A stretch of DNA of 54,385 bases from an uncultured Eubacteriales bacterium (GCA_902780815.1 CACZGY010000001.1:1-54385), one strand, 5' to 3'; counted from the stretch's first letter, positions 1 through 9,239 are shown. Translations and numbers: made by a program. The notes: generated from the letters alone by a model not told the origin.

Positions 1-1
1 C

Positions 2-55
2 AACTACATGCGTCAGAGAACCGGTAAAGCAGCCAGAATCAGAAGCGCTGAATAG
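2..55 (+). CDS. rplS: 50S ribosomal protein L19, C-terminal fragment (gene continues off the left edge)
   Basis: Frame 2 reads NYMRQRTGKAARIRSAE then TAG. The basic GKAARI tail is typical of L19 C-termini. It is followed by ylqF and rnhB, the rplS-ylqF-rnhB order known from Bacillus. Confidence 0.6.
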   Translation, partial: NYMRQRTGKAARIRSAE

Positions 56-63
56 TGATCACC

Positions 64-108
64 ATGCATACCTGAGACCTTGTCAAGGGTATGCATTTTA
101 CTTTTTAT
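64..108 (+). terminator. intrinsic terminator after rplS
   Basis: ATGCATACC (64-72) pairs with GGTATGCAT (88-96), followed by TTTACTTTTTAT. Confidence 0.55.
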
Positions 109-189
109 GTAATGTGCAGCTGAGAAAGTACTCGGCTCGAGGTTTTCGATTCTGCCATTGCATCCTCAGCTGCATATTATCAGAAAACT

Positions 190-1035
190 ATGATTGACAA
201 TATTAACTGGTATCCGGGCCATATGAAAAAAACCCGGGAATTGATACAGGACAATCTTAAAGCTGTTGACCTCGTTATCGAGATCGTTGACAGCCGTATT
301 CCTGTGTCCAGCAGAAATCCGATCATTGACGAGATCATTTCCGGAAAACCACGCATAATAGTGCTCGGTAAAGCAGATCTTGCAGATGCCTCAGAGACTG
401 AGGCGTGGGCTGAAAAGCTGTCGGAAGGAAAGGGCGTACGCCGTGTCATGGCGCTCAATCTTCAGTCGGGGGAAAATATCAAAAAGCTACTGAAGGCTCT
501 TGAGACTGAGCAGCAGAAGAGAAATGCAGAACGATCTGTAAAGAGACCGCTTCGCATCATGATCGTCGGAGTGCCTAATGTAGGCAAATCCTCACTTATC
601 AACCGTCTTACAGGCAAAAGATCCGCCCAGACAGGTGACAAGCCAGGCGTGACGAAGGGGAAACAGTGGCTTACACTTTCGAACGGAATGCAGCTCCTCG
701 ATACACCGGGTATACTCTGGCCTAAATTCGAAGACCCGAATGTGGGACTCGACCTTGCTTTCTGCGGAAGCATCAAAGATGACATACTGGGCGTTCAGGA
801 TCTTGGCTTCGAACTCATAAGAGTGCTTGGAGAGAATTATCCTGATCTCCTTAAGGATAGATACAAGCTCGATGAACTTTCGGAAGAGACTATAGATAAT
901 ATGGATAATATCGCAAGAAAGCGCGGATTCATAATGTCAGGCGGCAGGATAGACTACGAGAGGACCGGGCGCACTGTTCTGGACGAGTTCAGGGGCGGAA
1001 AGATCGGAAGGATCACTTTGGAAAAGGTAAAGTAA
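190..1035 (+). CDS. rbgA: ribosome biogenesis GTPase A (YlqF/RbgA)
   Basis: 281-aa ORF with N-terminal NWYPGHM motif. Circularly permuted GTPase order: LGKADL (G4-like), then GVPNVGKSS (G1), then DTPG (G3). Sits between rplS and rnhB. Confidence 0.9.
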   Translation: MIDNINWYPGHMKKTRELIQDNLKAVDLVIEIVDSRIPVSSRNPIIDEIISGKPRIIVLGKADLADASETEAWAEKLSEGKGVRRVMALNLQSGENIKKLLKALETEQQKRNAERSVKRPLRIMIVGVPNVGKSSLINRLTGKRSAQTGDKPGVTKGKQWLTLSNGMQLLDTPGILWPKFEDPNVGLDLAFCGSIKDDILGVQDLGFELIRVLGENYPDLLKDRYKLDELSEETIDNMDNIARKRGFIMSGGRIDYERTGRTVLDEFRGGKIGRITLEKVK

Positions 1036-1053
1036 ACTTTACATAAGGCGGAC

Positions 1054-2409
1054 ATGACAAAGCAGGAAAGACTGGAAAGAGATATAGCAAAACTTGCTGA
1101 AATGAAAGCTCATGAGGATGAACTCAGGGCAGAGGGTTACAGATATATCGCCGGGATCGATGAGGTCGGAAGAGGGCCTCTTGCCGGACCGGTCTATGCT
1201 GCGTGCGTAATACTCCCCGATGATTTCGATGTTCCGGGCATCAACGATTCCAAAAAACTGTCGGCAAAAAAGCGGGAGGAGCTCTCTGATGTAATAAAGG
1301 AGAAGGCTGTAGCCTGGGGAATCGGTATCGCCGATAACAATGAGATAGACGAGCTTAATATCCTTGAGGCTACAAAGACTGCCATGAAAAGGGCAATAGC
1401 AGCCGTAAGAGACATGCTCTCCGAACGCGGGCTGCTCGAATCTGAAGATAAGCCTCTCGCGCAGGATATGCTCCTGATAGATGCAGTGAAGCTTGACGCG
1501 GGAATGCCGAGCGAATCGATCATAAAAGGAGATGAGAAATGCCTGTGCATCGCAGCAGCTTCGATAGTTGCCAAGGTTGCAAGAGACTCTTTCATGACAG
1601 AGATGGACAGCGTATATCCCGGCTACGATTTTGCGGGAAACAAGGGTTATGGGACCGCAAAGCACTATGAAGGGCTAAGGACTCTCGGCAAGACTCCGAT
1701 ACACAGAAAGACTTTTCTGAAAAAGTTTGATGAGAACCCTGAAACGGGACACAAGGCTGTAAGGAAGGAAGAAGACGGCAGGGAGGCTGTGAAGATGGCT
1801 AAAAAGGTATATGCGGTAAGAAAAGGCAGGACTACCGGACTGTTCATGAGCTGGGATGACTGCAAGGCACAGGTGGACGGATTCGCCGGCGCCGAGTATA
1901 AGAGTTTTGCGGATCCGGCTGAAGCCATGGCATACCTCGGTATTGCCGGCAGCAGGGAAACAGCTGCAGAGACGTTTCCGGAGGGTGTCAGAGCATATGT
2001 CGACGGAAGCTACGACAGCGCCAGCGGCAGATTTTCATGCGGAGTCGTAATAGTTGAGACAGACGCTGAAGGAAACAGCGAAACTACAGAGCTCAACGCG
2101 GCTTTTGATGATCAGGAAGCAGCTCAGCAGCGAAATGTAGCTGGAGAGATCATGGGGTCCAAGCTTGCGATAGACCACTGCATCGCGAACGGAATAAAAG
2201 CCGTAGAGATCTACCACGACTACGAAGGAATCGGAGCCTGGGCTGACAGGAGGTGGAAGGCCAACAATCCGCTCACTCAGGGATACCGGGACTTTGTCGC
2301 CGAAGCCAGAAATACCATCGAAATCAGCTTTGTGAAAGTAAAGGCTCATGCCGGCAACAAATACAACGAGCTCGCTGACAGGCTGGCAAAGAAGGCACTT
2401 TCAGAATAG
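1054..2409 (+). CDS. rnhB: ribonuclease HII fused to an RNase H1-type hybrid-binding domain and a type-1 RNase H-like domain
   Basis: Uninterrupted 451-codon ORF. aa 1-225 carry RNase HII motifs (GIDEVGRGPLAGPV, NDSKKL, IIKGDEKC, GYGT). aa ~250-295 read KVYAVRKGRTTGLFMSWDDCKAQVDGFAGAEYKSFADPAEAMAYL (HBD). aa ~305-451 carry YVDGS, AGE, HDYEG and NELADRLAK (DEDD-like). Confidence 0.8.
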   Translation: MTKQERLERDIAKLAEMKAHEDELRAEGYRYIAGIDEVGRGPLAGPVYAACVILPDDFDVPGINDSKKLSAKKREELSDVIKEKAVAWGIGIADNNEIDELNILEATKTAMKRAIAAVRDMLSERGLLESEDKPLAQDMLLIDAVKLDAGMPSESIIKGDEKCLCIAAASIVAKVARDSFMTEMDSVYPGYDFAGNKGYGTAKHYEGLRTLGKTPIHRKTFLKKFDENPETGHKAVRKEEDGREAVKMAKKVYAVRKGRTTGLFMSWDDCKAQVDGFAGAEYKSFADPAEAMAYLGIAGSRETAAETFPEGVRAYVDGSYDSASGRFSCGVVIVETDAEGNSETTELNAAFDDQEAAQQRNVAGEIMGSKLAIDHCIANGIKAVEIYHDYEGIGAWADRRWKANNPLTQGYRDFVAEARNTIEISFVKVKAHAGNKYNELADRLAKKALSE

Positions 2410-2421
2410 TAAAAAAAGGGG

Positions 2422-2450
2422 TGGAAATCACAGCTGTTCTTCGCTATAAT
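2422..2450 (+). promoter_or_regulatory. putative sigma-A promoter for tRNA-Val
   Basis: TGGAAA (2422-2427), 17-nt spacer, TATAAT (2445-2450). Leaves a leader of about 85 nt before the tRNA. Confidence 0.4.
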
Positions 2451-2541
2451 ATTTTCGTTGAGTGTAGCGGCTTTGCCGTAAGGTCGAAATTATTGATCTC
2501 CGGAGGCATGGCTCCTCCGATAAAATAGGGAACAGCGACGC

Positions 2542-2617
2542 GGTCCATTAGCTCAGTTGGGAGAGCGACAGGGTGACAACCTGTAGGTCATTGGTTCAAG
2601 TCCAATATGGGCCACCA
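2542..2617 (+). tRNA. tRNA-Val (anticodon GAC)
   Basis: 76-nt cloverleaf read by eye. Acceptor GGTCCAT/ATGGGCC, D arm GCTC-AGTTGGGA-GAGC, anticodon arm ACAGG-GTGACAA-CCTGT, T arm ATTGG-TTCAAGT-CCAAT, encoded CCA. Confidence 0.9.
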
Positions 2618-2620
2618 GAC

Positions 2621-2652
2621 GGACGGGATAACAAAGTCCCGTCCTTTTTTAT
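2621..2652 (+). terminator. intrinsic terminator after tRNA-Val
   Basis: GGACGGGA (2621-2628) pairs with TCCCGTCC (2637-2644), followed by TTTTTT. Confidence 0.8.
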
Positions 2653-2711
2653 TGTTAAAAGGCACAAATACGGGTATAATAAACGGCATATAATAATAAA
2701 GAGAGTTAAAA

Positions 2712-3476
2712 ATGTTCAGAAACGACTATACCAAGACATCCGACGGAGCGGCCGCGAAAGTTGCTTTCATGAATAAAGATCCACTGGCATATTTCGTGGT
2801 ATCCATGCTGGCCGGCGCATATATCGGAATCGGCGTATTGCTTGCATTCACATCCGGCGGGCTGCTGACAGGCCTTCCTTACGCAAGGATAGTGATGGGA
2901 CTCACTTTTGGTGTTGCCCTGAGCCTTGTAGTCATGGCCGGAGCAGAGCTTTTCACAGGAAACAATCTTGCCATGGCGGCAGGGATCCTGGATAAAAAGG
3001 TCTCGTGGAAAGATGCTGTCAAACTGTGGTGCATATGCTGGCTGGGCAATCTTGCCGGCGGCATGCTGCTCGCAGCAATATACCACATGACAGGTCTCTG
3101 TACAGGTCCGGTAGCCGAATTCATGGTATCTGCAGCAGGCGCAAAGATGGGAGCAGGAGCAGCAGCGCTGTTCGCCAGAGGCATTCTGTGTAATTTCCTG
3201 GTATGCCTTGCTGTCTGGTGTGCGGGCAGAGCCAGCTCAGATTCCGGAAAGCTCATTATGGTTTTCTGGTGTCTTTTCGCGTTCATTACGACAGGCTTCG
3301 AGCATAGTATCGCCAACATGACACTGTTTACAGTTGCGCTTCTGCAGCCTGTTCATGAGGCAGTCACCGCAGGAGGCTTCTTCTATAATTTAGCAATAGT
3401 TACTTTAGGCAACATAGCCGGCGGAGCGCTGTTTGTAGCAGTGCCGTATTATATTGCCGGCCGGAGAGACAAATAA
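2712..3476 (+). CDS. formate/nitrite transporter (FNT) family channel
   Basis: 254-aa polytopic membrane ORF with FNT signatures AGAELFTGNN and GFEHSIANM. Confidence 0.85.
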   Translation: MFRNDYTKTSDGAAAKVAFMNKDPLAYFVVSMLAGAYIGIGVLLAFTSGGLLTGLPYARIVMGLTFGVALSLVVMAGAELFTGNNLAMAAGILDKKVSWKDAVKLWCICWLGNLAGGMLLAAIYHMTGLCTGPVAEFMVSAAGAKMGAGAAALFARGILCNFLVCLAVWCAGRASSDSGKLIMVFWCLFAFITTGFEHSIANMTLFTVALLQPVHEAVTAGGFFYNLAIVTLGNIAGGALFVAVPYYIAGRRDK

Positions 3477-3494
3477 AGAAAGGGAAAGGGAACA

Positions 3495-4688
3495 ATGAAT
3501 TTCATCTTTGTATCGCCGAATTTTCCGCACACTTACTGGCAGTTCTGTGACAGACTGAAAAGGAACGGCATTAATGTACTGGGAATAGGAGATTGTCCTT
3601 ATGATGCGCTGGAAGAGCCGCTTAAGGCAGCTCTGACAGAATACTATAAGGTCGACAACATGGAGGACTACGACCAGATGTACCGCGCGGTTGCCTATTT
3701 TGCATTTAAGCACGGCAAGATAGACTGGCTCGAATCCAACACCGAGTACTGGCTCGAACAGGACGCAAAACTCAGAAAGGACTTCAACATCGGTTCAGGC
3801 GTTCAGCCTGAGGAGCTCGCAATGTGGAAGAGCAAGTCCGCAATGAAGCCTTTCTATAAGGAAGCCGGCGTTCCGACTGCACGCAACCACAAGGTCACTG
3901 ATATCAAGGCGGCGCGCGAGTTCCTCGATGAGATCGGAGGATTCCCGGTCATCGTAAAGCCGGATATCGGAGTAGGCGCGGCAGACACATGGAAGCTAGA
4001 AAATGATAAGGATCTGGAGTGGTTCTATAACAATCTGCCGGAGCATCCGTATGTAATGGAAGAATTCGTTTACGGATACATATATTCATACGATGCAATC
4101 GTAAACGCGCAGGGAGAGGTGCTCTTTGAGAGCTCCAACTGGTTCCCTCCATCAATAGCGGATCTTGTAAATAAAGGACTCGAGCTCACTTATTACACGA
4201 CGCCTGAGGTGCCTGCACAGCTCCGTGAATACGGACGCGCTACAATAAAAGCTTTCAAGGTAAGGAGCAGATTCGTACACTTTGAGTTCTTCCGCCTCAC
4301 ACAGGCCAGAAAGAACCTTGGTGAAGTCGGAGACTTTGTAGGCCTTGAAGTCAATATGAGACCTGCAGGAGGGTATACTCCGGATATGATGGACTATGCT
4401 CATAACACAGACGTATATGAGATATGGGCTGAAATGGTAGCATACAATGAGCGCCGTCTACCGGATATAGGCGGTGACCAGTACTGCGCATATGCTTCCA
4501 GAAAGGATATCCATCAGTATAAACACAGCCATGAAGAGGTGCTGCAGAAATACGGACACTGCATGAAGATGTGCGAACGCATGCCTGACGTACTGTCCGG
4601 AGCCATGGGCAACCAGTTCTACACTGCCGTTTTCAAGACCTTTGAAGAGGTAGAGGAATTCAATGAATTCATACTGGAACGTGCATAA
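3495..4688 (+). CDS. ATP-grasp domain protein (carboxylate-amine ligase-like), function unknown
   Basis: 397 aa. ATP-grasp-like blocks PVIVKPDIGVGAADTWKL, MEEFVYG and LEVNMRPAGG. Starts 18 nt after the FNT gene behind AGGGAAAGGGA. Confidence 0.7.
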   Translation: MNFIFVSPNFPHTYWQFCDRLKRNGINVLGIGDCPYDALEEPLKAALTEYYKVDNMEDYDQMYRAVAYFAFKHGKIDWLESNTEYWLEQDAKLRKDFNIGSGVQPEELAMWKSKSAMKPFYKEAGVPTARNHKVTDIKAAREFLDEIGGFPVIVKPDIGVGAADTWKLENDKDLEWFYNNLPEHPYVMEEFVYGYIYSYDAIVNAQGEVLFESSNWFPPSIADLVNKGLELTYYTTPEVPAQLREYGRATIKAFKVRSRFVHFEFFRLTQARKNLGEVGDFVGLEVNMRPAGGYTPDMMDYAHNTDVYEIWAEMVAYNERRLPDIGGDQYCAYASRKDIHQYKHSHEEVLQKYGHCMKMCERMPDVLSGAMGNQFYTAVFKTFEEVEEFNEFILERA

Positions 4689-4731
4689 ACAGATAAATAA
4701 AGAACAGTATAAAAGATAAAGGGGAATATTA

Positions 4732-5466
4732 ATGAACGATTACTACAAGAAAGAGTACAGCTGGATAATGGACAGAGAAATGGAACACGCGATCTTCGGC
4801 GACAGCGGAAGACTTTGTGTTGCTTTCGGACCTCAGAACGGACATACATACGACTTCCGCAACTTCGGAATGATCGACACGATCGCACCATGGATCGAAG
4901 CGGGCAAGCTGAGAGTTCTCTGCGTTGACAGCATTGACGAAGAGACATGGTCCGCCGAAGGACGTAATGAGCGTGAAAGACTCGAGCTCCAGGAAAGATG
5001 GTTTCGCTATGTGACTGATGAGCTTGTTCCTCAGTACTTGGGAGATGAACGTGCAATCACTACAGGCTGCAGCATGGGTGCTACCCACGCTATGAACTTC
5101 TTCTGCCGCCGTCCTGATCTTTTCGGAGGAGTCATCTCCATGAGCGGACTCTACGATACCAATTATTTCTTCCATGGTTATAAGGACGACCTCACATATG
5201 CAAATTCACCTATAGAATTTATTCCTAACATGCCTGAGCATCATCCGTGGATGGATCTCTACAGACAGAGCAGCATAATCTTCTGCTGCGGACAGGGTGC
5301 GTGGGAAGATGAAATGAGAGTGGATCTGCAGAAACTCCATGAAGCTTTTGAGATGAAGGGCATCCCTCACTGGGCAGATTACTGGGGCTATGACGTCAAC
5401 CACGACTGGCCTTGGTGGAAGAAACAGCTTCCGTATTTCATGAGCAATATCCTCGGTCAACCGTGA
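4732..5466 (+). CDS. esterase / alpha-beta hydrolase family protein
   Basis: 244 aa. Nucleophile elbow G-C-S-M-G within TTGCSMGATHAMNF. RBS AAAGGGGA. Starts 43 nt after the ATP-grasp gene. Confidence 0.65.
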   Translation: MNDYYKKEYSWIMDREMEHAIFGDSGRLCVAFGPQNGHTYDFRNFGMIDTIAPWIEAGKLRVLCVDSIDEETWSAEGRNERERLELQERWFRYVTDELVPQYLGDERAITTGCSMGATHAMNFFCRRPDLFGGVISMSGLYDTNYFFHGYKDDLTYANSPIEFIPNMPEHHPWMDLYRQSSIIFCCGQGAWEDEMRVDLQKLHEAFEMKGIPHWADYWGYDVNHDWPWWKKQLPYFMSNILGQP

Positions 5467-5474
5467 TGAAAATC

Positions 5475-5496
5475 AGCGCCTGCGGGCGCTTTTTTA
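5475..5496 (+). terminator. intrinsic terminator after the esterase gene
   Basis: AGCGCC-TGCG-GGCGCT followed by TTTTT. Confidence 0.75.
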
Positions 5497-5521
5497 TTGT
5501 CAAAAAAGTGTCGTAAATCTA

Positions 5522-5550
5522 TTGACAATAGGGTTTCGTGCGAGTATATT
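5522..5550 (+). promoter_or_regulatory. sigma-A type promoter of the hrcA operon
   Basis: TTGACA (5522-5527), 17-nt spacer, TATATT (5545-5550), immediately upstream of CIRCE. Confidence 0.7.
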
Positions 5551-5561
5551 ATGTTTTGTGA

Positions 5562-5588
5562 TTAGCACTCTCACTTGATGAGTGCTAA
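5562..5588 (+). promoter_or_regulatory. CIRCE operator (HrcA binding site)
   Basis: Perfect TTAGCACTC-N9-GAGTGCTAA inverted repeat, 30 nt upstream of the hrcA start. Confidence 0.95.
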
Positions 5589-5618
5589 CAAAAAAGAAAC
5601 TGATTCAGGAGGCAAGAC

Positions 5619-6683
5619 ATGGATCTGAGCGAAAGACAATTACAGATACTGCAGGCGATCATTACAGATTATGTAGAGAACGCCGAGCCGGTCGGTTCAA
5701 GATCGATCGCAAAGAAATATGACCTTGGCGTCAGTCCGGCAACCATACGAAACGAGATGTCAGATCTTGAGGATATGGGTTACCTGACTCATCCTCATAC
5801 ATCGGCCGGAAGAGTTCCTTCAGACAAAGCTTACAGATTATATGTAAATGAGCTGATGAAAAAGAAGAACCTCAGCGCCAAAGACAAGCGTATGATCAAC
5901 GACAGACTGTCAGCAAGCAGGGATGAGTTCGACAGGACCATCAGACATGCTGCTGAGCTCCTTTCGGAGATCACGCATCTGGCATCGTTCGCAATGACGC
6001 CGGCAACAAATGAAGAGACGATCAGTTTCATCAGGCTCCTGCCTGTAGACGAGCGTACGCTCATACTCATGATAGTGGGAGAGAGCGGAAATGTGACAAA
6101 TACTACACTCAGACTGAATGTGCCGTATACACAGGAGTCGCTTGAACTTTTGAGCAAGAACATGACAGTCAGCTACAAGGGCCGCACACTCGACGATGTT
6201 CTCAAAGGTGAGATCATCCACGATGTAGGATCAGACATAGAGGCTCTGAGCCAGCTCAGGGGCAGCGTAATGCCGAGCTTCCTGAGGACGCTCGAAGACA
6301 TGCTGAACGTCAATCTGTATATGGAGGGTATGACGAACATTTTCAATCTGCCTGAATATACCAGCATAGACCGTGCGAGAGACTTCATGGAGCTCTTCGC
6401 CCGTAAAGACTGGTTCACGCAGAAGATGCTCGCTAGAGATGACGGAGTCGTCGTCACCATAGGTGAAGAGAACGACACCATGAAAGACTGTACGCTGATA
6501 ACAGCAACATACCATGTGGACGGCAAGCTCGTCGGCAAGATCGGAGTCATAGGACCGACAAGAATGAAATATGACGAGATCACGTCCATAATGGAATATC
6601 TCACTAACAACCTGAGTGAGAGCTTCAGGCTTCCGGGAAGTACCGGTGACGGGAATTCCGGCGATAAAAAGCAGAAGAAATAA
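5619..6683 (+). CDS. hrcA: heat-inducible transcription repressor HrcA
   Basis: 354 aa. N-terminal winged-helix block (RQLQILQAIITDYVENAEPVGSRSIAKKY). First gene after CIRCE and followed by grpE-dnaK-dnaJ. Confidence 0.92.
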   Translation: MDLSERQLQILQAIITDYVENAEPVGSRSIAKKYDLGVSPATIRNEMSDLEDMGYLTHPHTSAGRVPSDKAYRLYVNELMKKKNLSAKDKRMINDRLSASRDEFDRTIRHAAELLSEITHLASFAMTPATNEETISFIRLLPVDERTLILMIVGESGNVTNTTLRLNVPYTQESLELLSKNMTVSYKGRTLDDVLKGEIIHDVGSDIEALSQLRGSVMPSFLRTLEDMLNVNLYMEGMTNIFNLPEYTSIDRARDFMELFARKDWFTQKMLARDDGVVVTIGEENDTMKDCTLITATYHVDGKLVGKIGVIGPTRMKYDEITSIMEYLTNNLSESFRLPGSTGDGNSGDKKQKK

Positions 6684-6718
6684 AAAACAAATAAACCGCA
6701 TGAAAGGAAACATTACTG

Positions 6719-7297
6719 ATGTCAGAAGACAAGAACAAGCAGATCCCGATCGAGGACGGCGCGGATGAAGCTGAAGAGGTAAAGGCTGAAGAAGCCGAGG
6801 AAAAAGCTGAAGGCGAGGCTGCCGGAGAAGCGGAAAAAGAGGACGAGGCAAAGAAAGCCGAAGAGGAAGCAAAGAAGGCTGAGGAAGCCGAATCTGAGCG
6901 TTACATGAGGCTGATGGCCGAGTTCCAGAACTTCAAGAGAAGAGTCGCCAGAGAAAAGTCGGACATCCATGCTTATGCCAATGAAAAGATAGTCGGAGAA
7001 CTTCTGCCGGTGCTTGACAATTTTGAAAGAGCACTTGATACGGAGGGCGGCGATCTCGAAGCTTATGCAAAGGGCATGCAGCTCATATTCGAACAGCTGA
7101 AAAAAGCCCTTGAAAACGCAGGCCTCGAAGAGATCAAGGCTATGGATGAAACATTCGATCCGAATGTGCATAACGCTGTGATGACAGAGAACCTTGAAGA
7201 CAAAGAGGACGGCACTGTTACGAAGGTCCTGCAGAAAGGCTACAAGCTTAAGGACAAAGTGATCAGACCGTCAATGGTAGCGGTTAATAAAAAATAA
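6719..7297 (+). CDS. grpE: nucleotide exchange factor GrpE
   Basis: 192 aa. Acidic/Lys-rich N-terminus, then GrpE core (RLMAEFQNFKRR ... FDPNVHNAV). Lies between hrcA and dnaK. Confidence 0.92.
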   Translation: MSEDKNKQIPIEDGADEAEEVKAEEAEEKAEGEAAGEAEKEDEAKKAEEEAKKAEEAESERYMRLMAEFQNFKRRVAREKSDIHAYANEKIVGELLPVLDNFERALDTEGGDLEAYAKGMQLIFEQLKKALENAGLEEIKAMDETFDPNVHNAVMTENLEDKEDGTVTKVLQKGYKLKDKVIRPSMVAVNKK

Positions 7298-7337
7298 TCT
7301 AAGTTAATAAACCATCTATAAGAACGGAGGACATACA

Positions 7338-9239
7338 ATGAGCAAAGTTATCGGAATCGATCTGGGCACCACCAACAGCTGCGTAGCAGTACTTGAAGGC
7401 GGAGAGCCTACAGTTATCACAAACTCTGAAGGTATGAGAACAACACCTTCGGTAGTATCTTTCACAAAGAGCGGCGAGAGACTCGTCGGCGAGACAGCAA
7501 AGAGAATCGCGATCACAGAGCCTGAAGGAACAGTAGCTTCCATCAAGAGGCACATGGGTGAGAACTACAAAGTAAATCTTCGCGGAAGAGATTACACACC
7601 TCAGGACATTTCCGCAATGATCCTGCAGAAGCTTAAGGCTGACGCAGAAGCATATCTTGGCGAAAAGGTCACAGAGGCTGTAATCACAGTTCCGGCTTAC
7701 TTCAGCGATGCGCAGAAGCAGGCTACAAAGGATGCAGGCAAGATCGCCGGTCTCGAAGTAAAGAGAATCATCAACGAGCCTACAGCAGCTTCGCTGGCAT
7801 ATGGACTCGATAAGGACACAGGAAGCCACAAGATCCTGGTTTATGACCTGGGCGGCGGCACATTCGATGTATCCGTGCTCGAACTCGGAGACGGAGTGTT
7901 CGAAGTACTCGCTACAAATGGTGATACACACCTTGGCGGAGATGACTTCGACAACGCACTGATGAACTTCCTGGCAGACAGCTTCCAGAAGGAGAACGGC
8001 ATCGATCTCAGACAGGATAAGATGGCCCTCCAGAGACTTAAGGAGGCTGCTGAGAAGGCAAAGAAAGAGCTCTCGACAGCACAGACAACAAAGGTCAATC
8101 TGCCGTTCATCGCTGCGAACGCATCCGGTCCGCTTCACCTGGATATGGATGTAACAAGAGCAAGATTCGAGCAGCTTACAAAGAGCCTTGTAGACAGAAC
8201 CATCGAGCCTATGCACAAGGCAATGAAGGATGCAGGAGTTACTTCTGCCGACCTCGAAAAGGTAATCCTGGTAGGAGGTTCCACAAGAATCCCTGCAGTT
8301 CAGGAAGCAGTCAGAAACGTAACCGGCAAAGAGCCGTTCAAGGGAATCAACCCTGATGAGTGCGTAGCTATCGGAGCTGCGATCCAGGCCGGAGTACTTA
8401 CAGGTGAAGTAAACGACATCCTGCTCCTCGACGTAACACCGCTGTCGCTGTCGATCGAGACACTCGGCGGAGTTGCAACAAAACTCATCGAGAGAAATAC
8501 GACTATCCCTACAAAGAAGAGTCAGATCTTCTCTACAGCAGCAGATAACCAGACTGCAGTAGATATCCATGTAATGCAGGGTGAGAGAGAAATGGCTGCC
8601 GGCAATATCACACTCGGCAGATTCCAGCTCAGCGGTATCGCACCGGCTCCTCGCGGAATCCCTCAGATCGAGGTCACATTCGATATCGACGCTAACGGTA
8701 TCGTAAATGTAAGCGCTAAGGACATGGCTACCGGCAAGGAGCAGAAGATCACTATTACTTCTTCGACAAAGCTGTCCGAGGAAGAGATCAACGCAAAGAT
8801 CAAAGAGGCAGAACAGTTCGCAGAGCAGGATAAGAAGCAGAAAGAAACAGTTGAGACAAAGAACCAGTCCGAGGGAATGATCTTTGAGATCGAGAAGCAG
8901 CTTAAGGAACTCGGCGACAAGGTCACTGAGTCCGAGAAGGCAGCAGTTGAAACTGCAAAGGAAGAGCTCCAGAAGGCAGTCGATGCAGGCAATGTTGACG
9001 ACATGAAGGCAAAGATGGAAGCACTCACCAACGCATTCTATCCGATCTCCACAAGGATCTATCAGGAAGCTCAGGCTGCACAGCAGGGAGCTGCAGGCGG
9101 ACAGGGATTTAACCCTAACATGGGCGGTTTCGACCCTAACAACATGGGCGGCGCAGGCTTCAACCCTGGCGACATGGGCGGCAGCTCAGCCCCTAATGAC
9201 GGCACAGTAGATGCTGATTATGAGGTAGTAGACGACTAA
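7338..9239 (+). CDS. dnaK: molecular chaperone DnaK (Hsp70)
   Basis: 633 aa with Hsp70 signatures [16 protein letters not shown] and [10 protein letters not shown]. Confidence 0.98.
   Translation: MSKVIGIDLGTTNSCVAVLEGGEPTVITNSEGMRTTPSVVSFTKSGERLVGETAKRIAITEPEGTVASIKRHMGENYKVNLRGRDYTPQDISAMILQKLKADAEAYLGEKVTEAVITVPAYFSDAQKQATKDAGKIAGLEVKRIINEPTAASLAYGLDKDTGSHKILVYDLGGGTFDVSVLELGDGVFEVLATNGDTHLGGDDFDNALMNFLADSFQKENGIDLRQDKMALQRLKEAAEKAKKELSTAQTTKVNLPFIAANASGPLHLDMDVTRARFEQLTKSLVDRTIEPMHKAMKDAGVTSADLEKVILVGGSTRIPAVQEAVRNVTGKEPFKGINPDECVAIGAAIQAGVLTGEVNDILLLDVTPLSLSIETLGGVATKLIERNTTIPTKKSQIFSTAADNQTAVDIHVMQGEREMAAGNITLGRFQLSGIAPAPRGIPQIEVTFDIDANGIVNVSAKDMATGKEQKITITSSTKLSEEEINAKIKEAEQFAEQDKKQKETVETKNQSEGMIFEIEKQLKELGDKVTESEKAAVETAKEELQKAVDAGNVDDMKAKMEALTNAFYPISTRIYQEAQAAQQGAAGGQGFNPNMGGFDPNNMGGAGFNPGDMGGSSAPNDGTVDADYEVVDD

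Noticed and set aside
2573-2776. 67-aa plus-strand ORF
   Set aside because: It starts inside tRNA-Val and runs through its terminator, so it is spurious. ORF 23748-23939 (over tRNA-Glu) and ORF 50745-51086 (minus strand, over tRNA-Sec and the selA start) are rejected likewise.
6770-6900. GAAG/GCTGA-rich repetitive DNA at the 5' end of grpE
   Set aside because: It encodes the E/A/K-rich disordered N-terminus common in GrpE and has no precise repeat unit.
7299-8570. 423-aa ORF on the minus strand, the longest unexplained ORF in the track
   Set aside because: It lies entirely antisense to dnaK. It is Cys/Leu/Ser-rich with no motif and no RBS. Long antisense frames opposite hsp70-type genes are a known codon-composition artefact.
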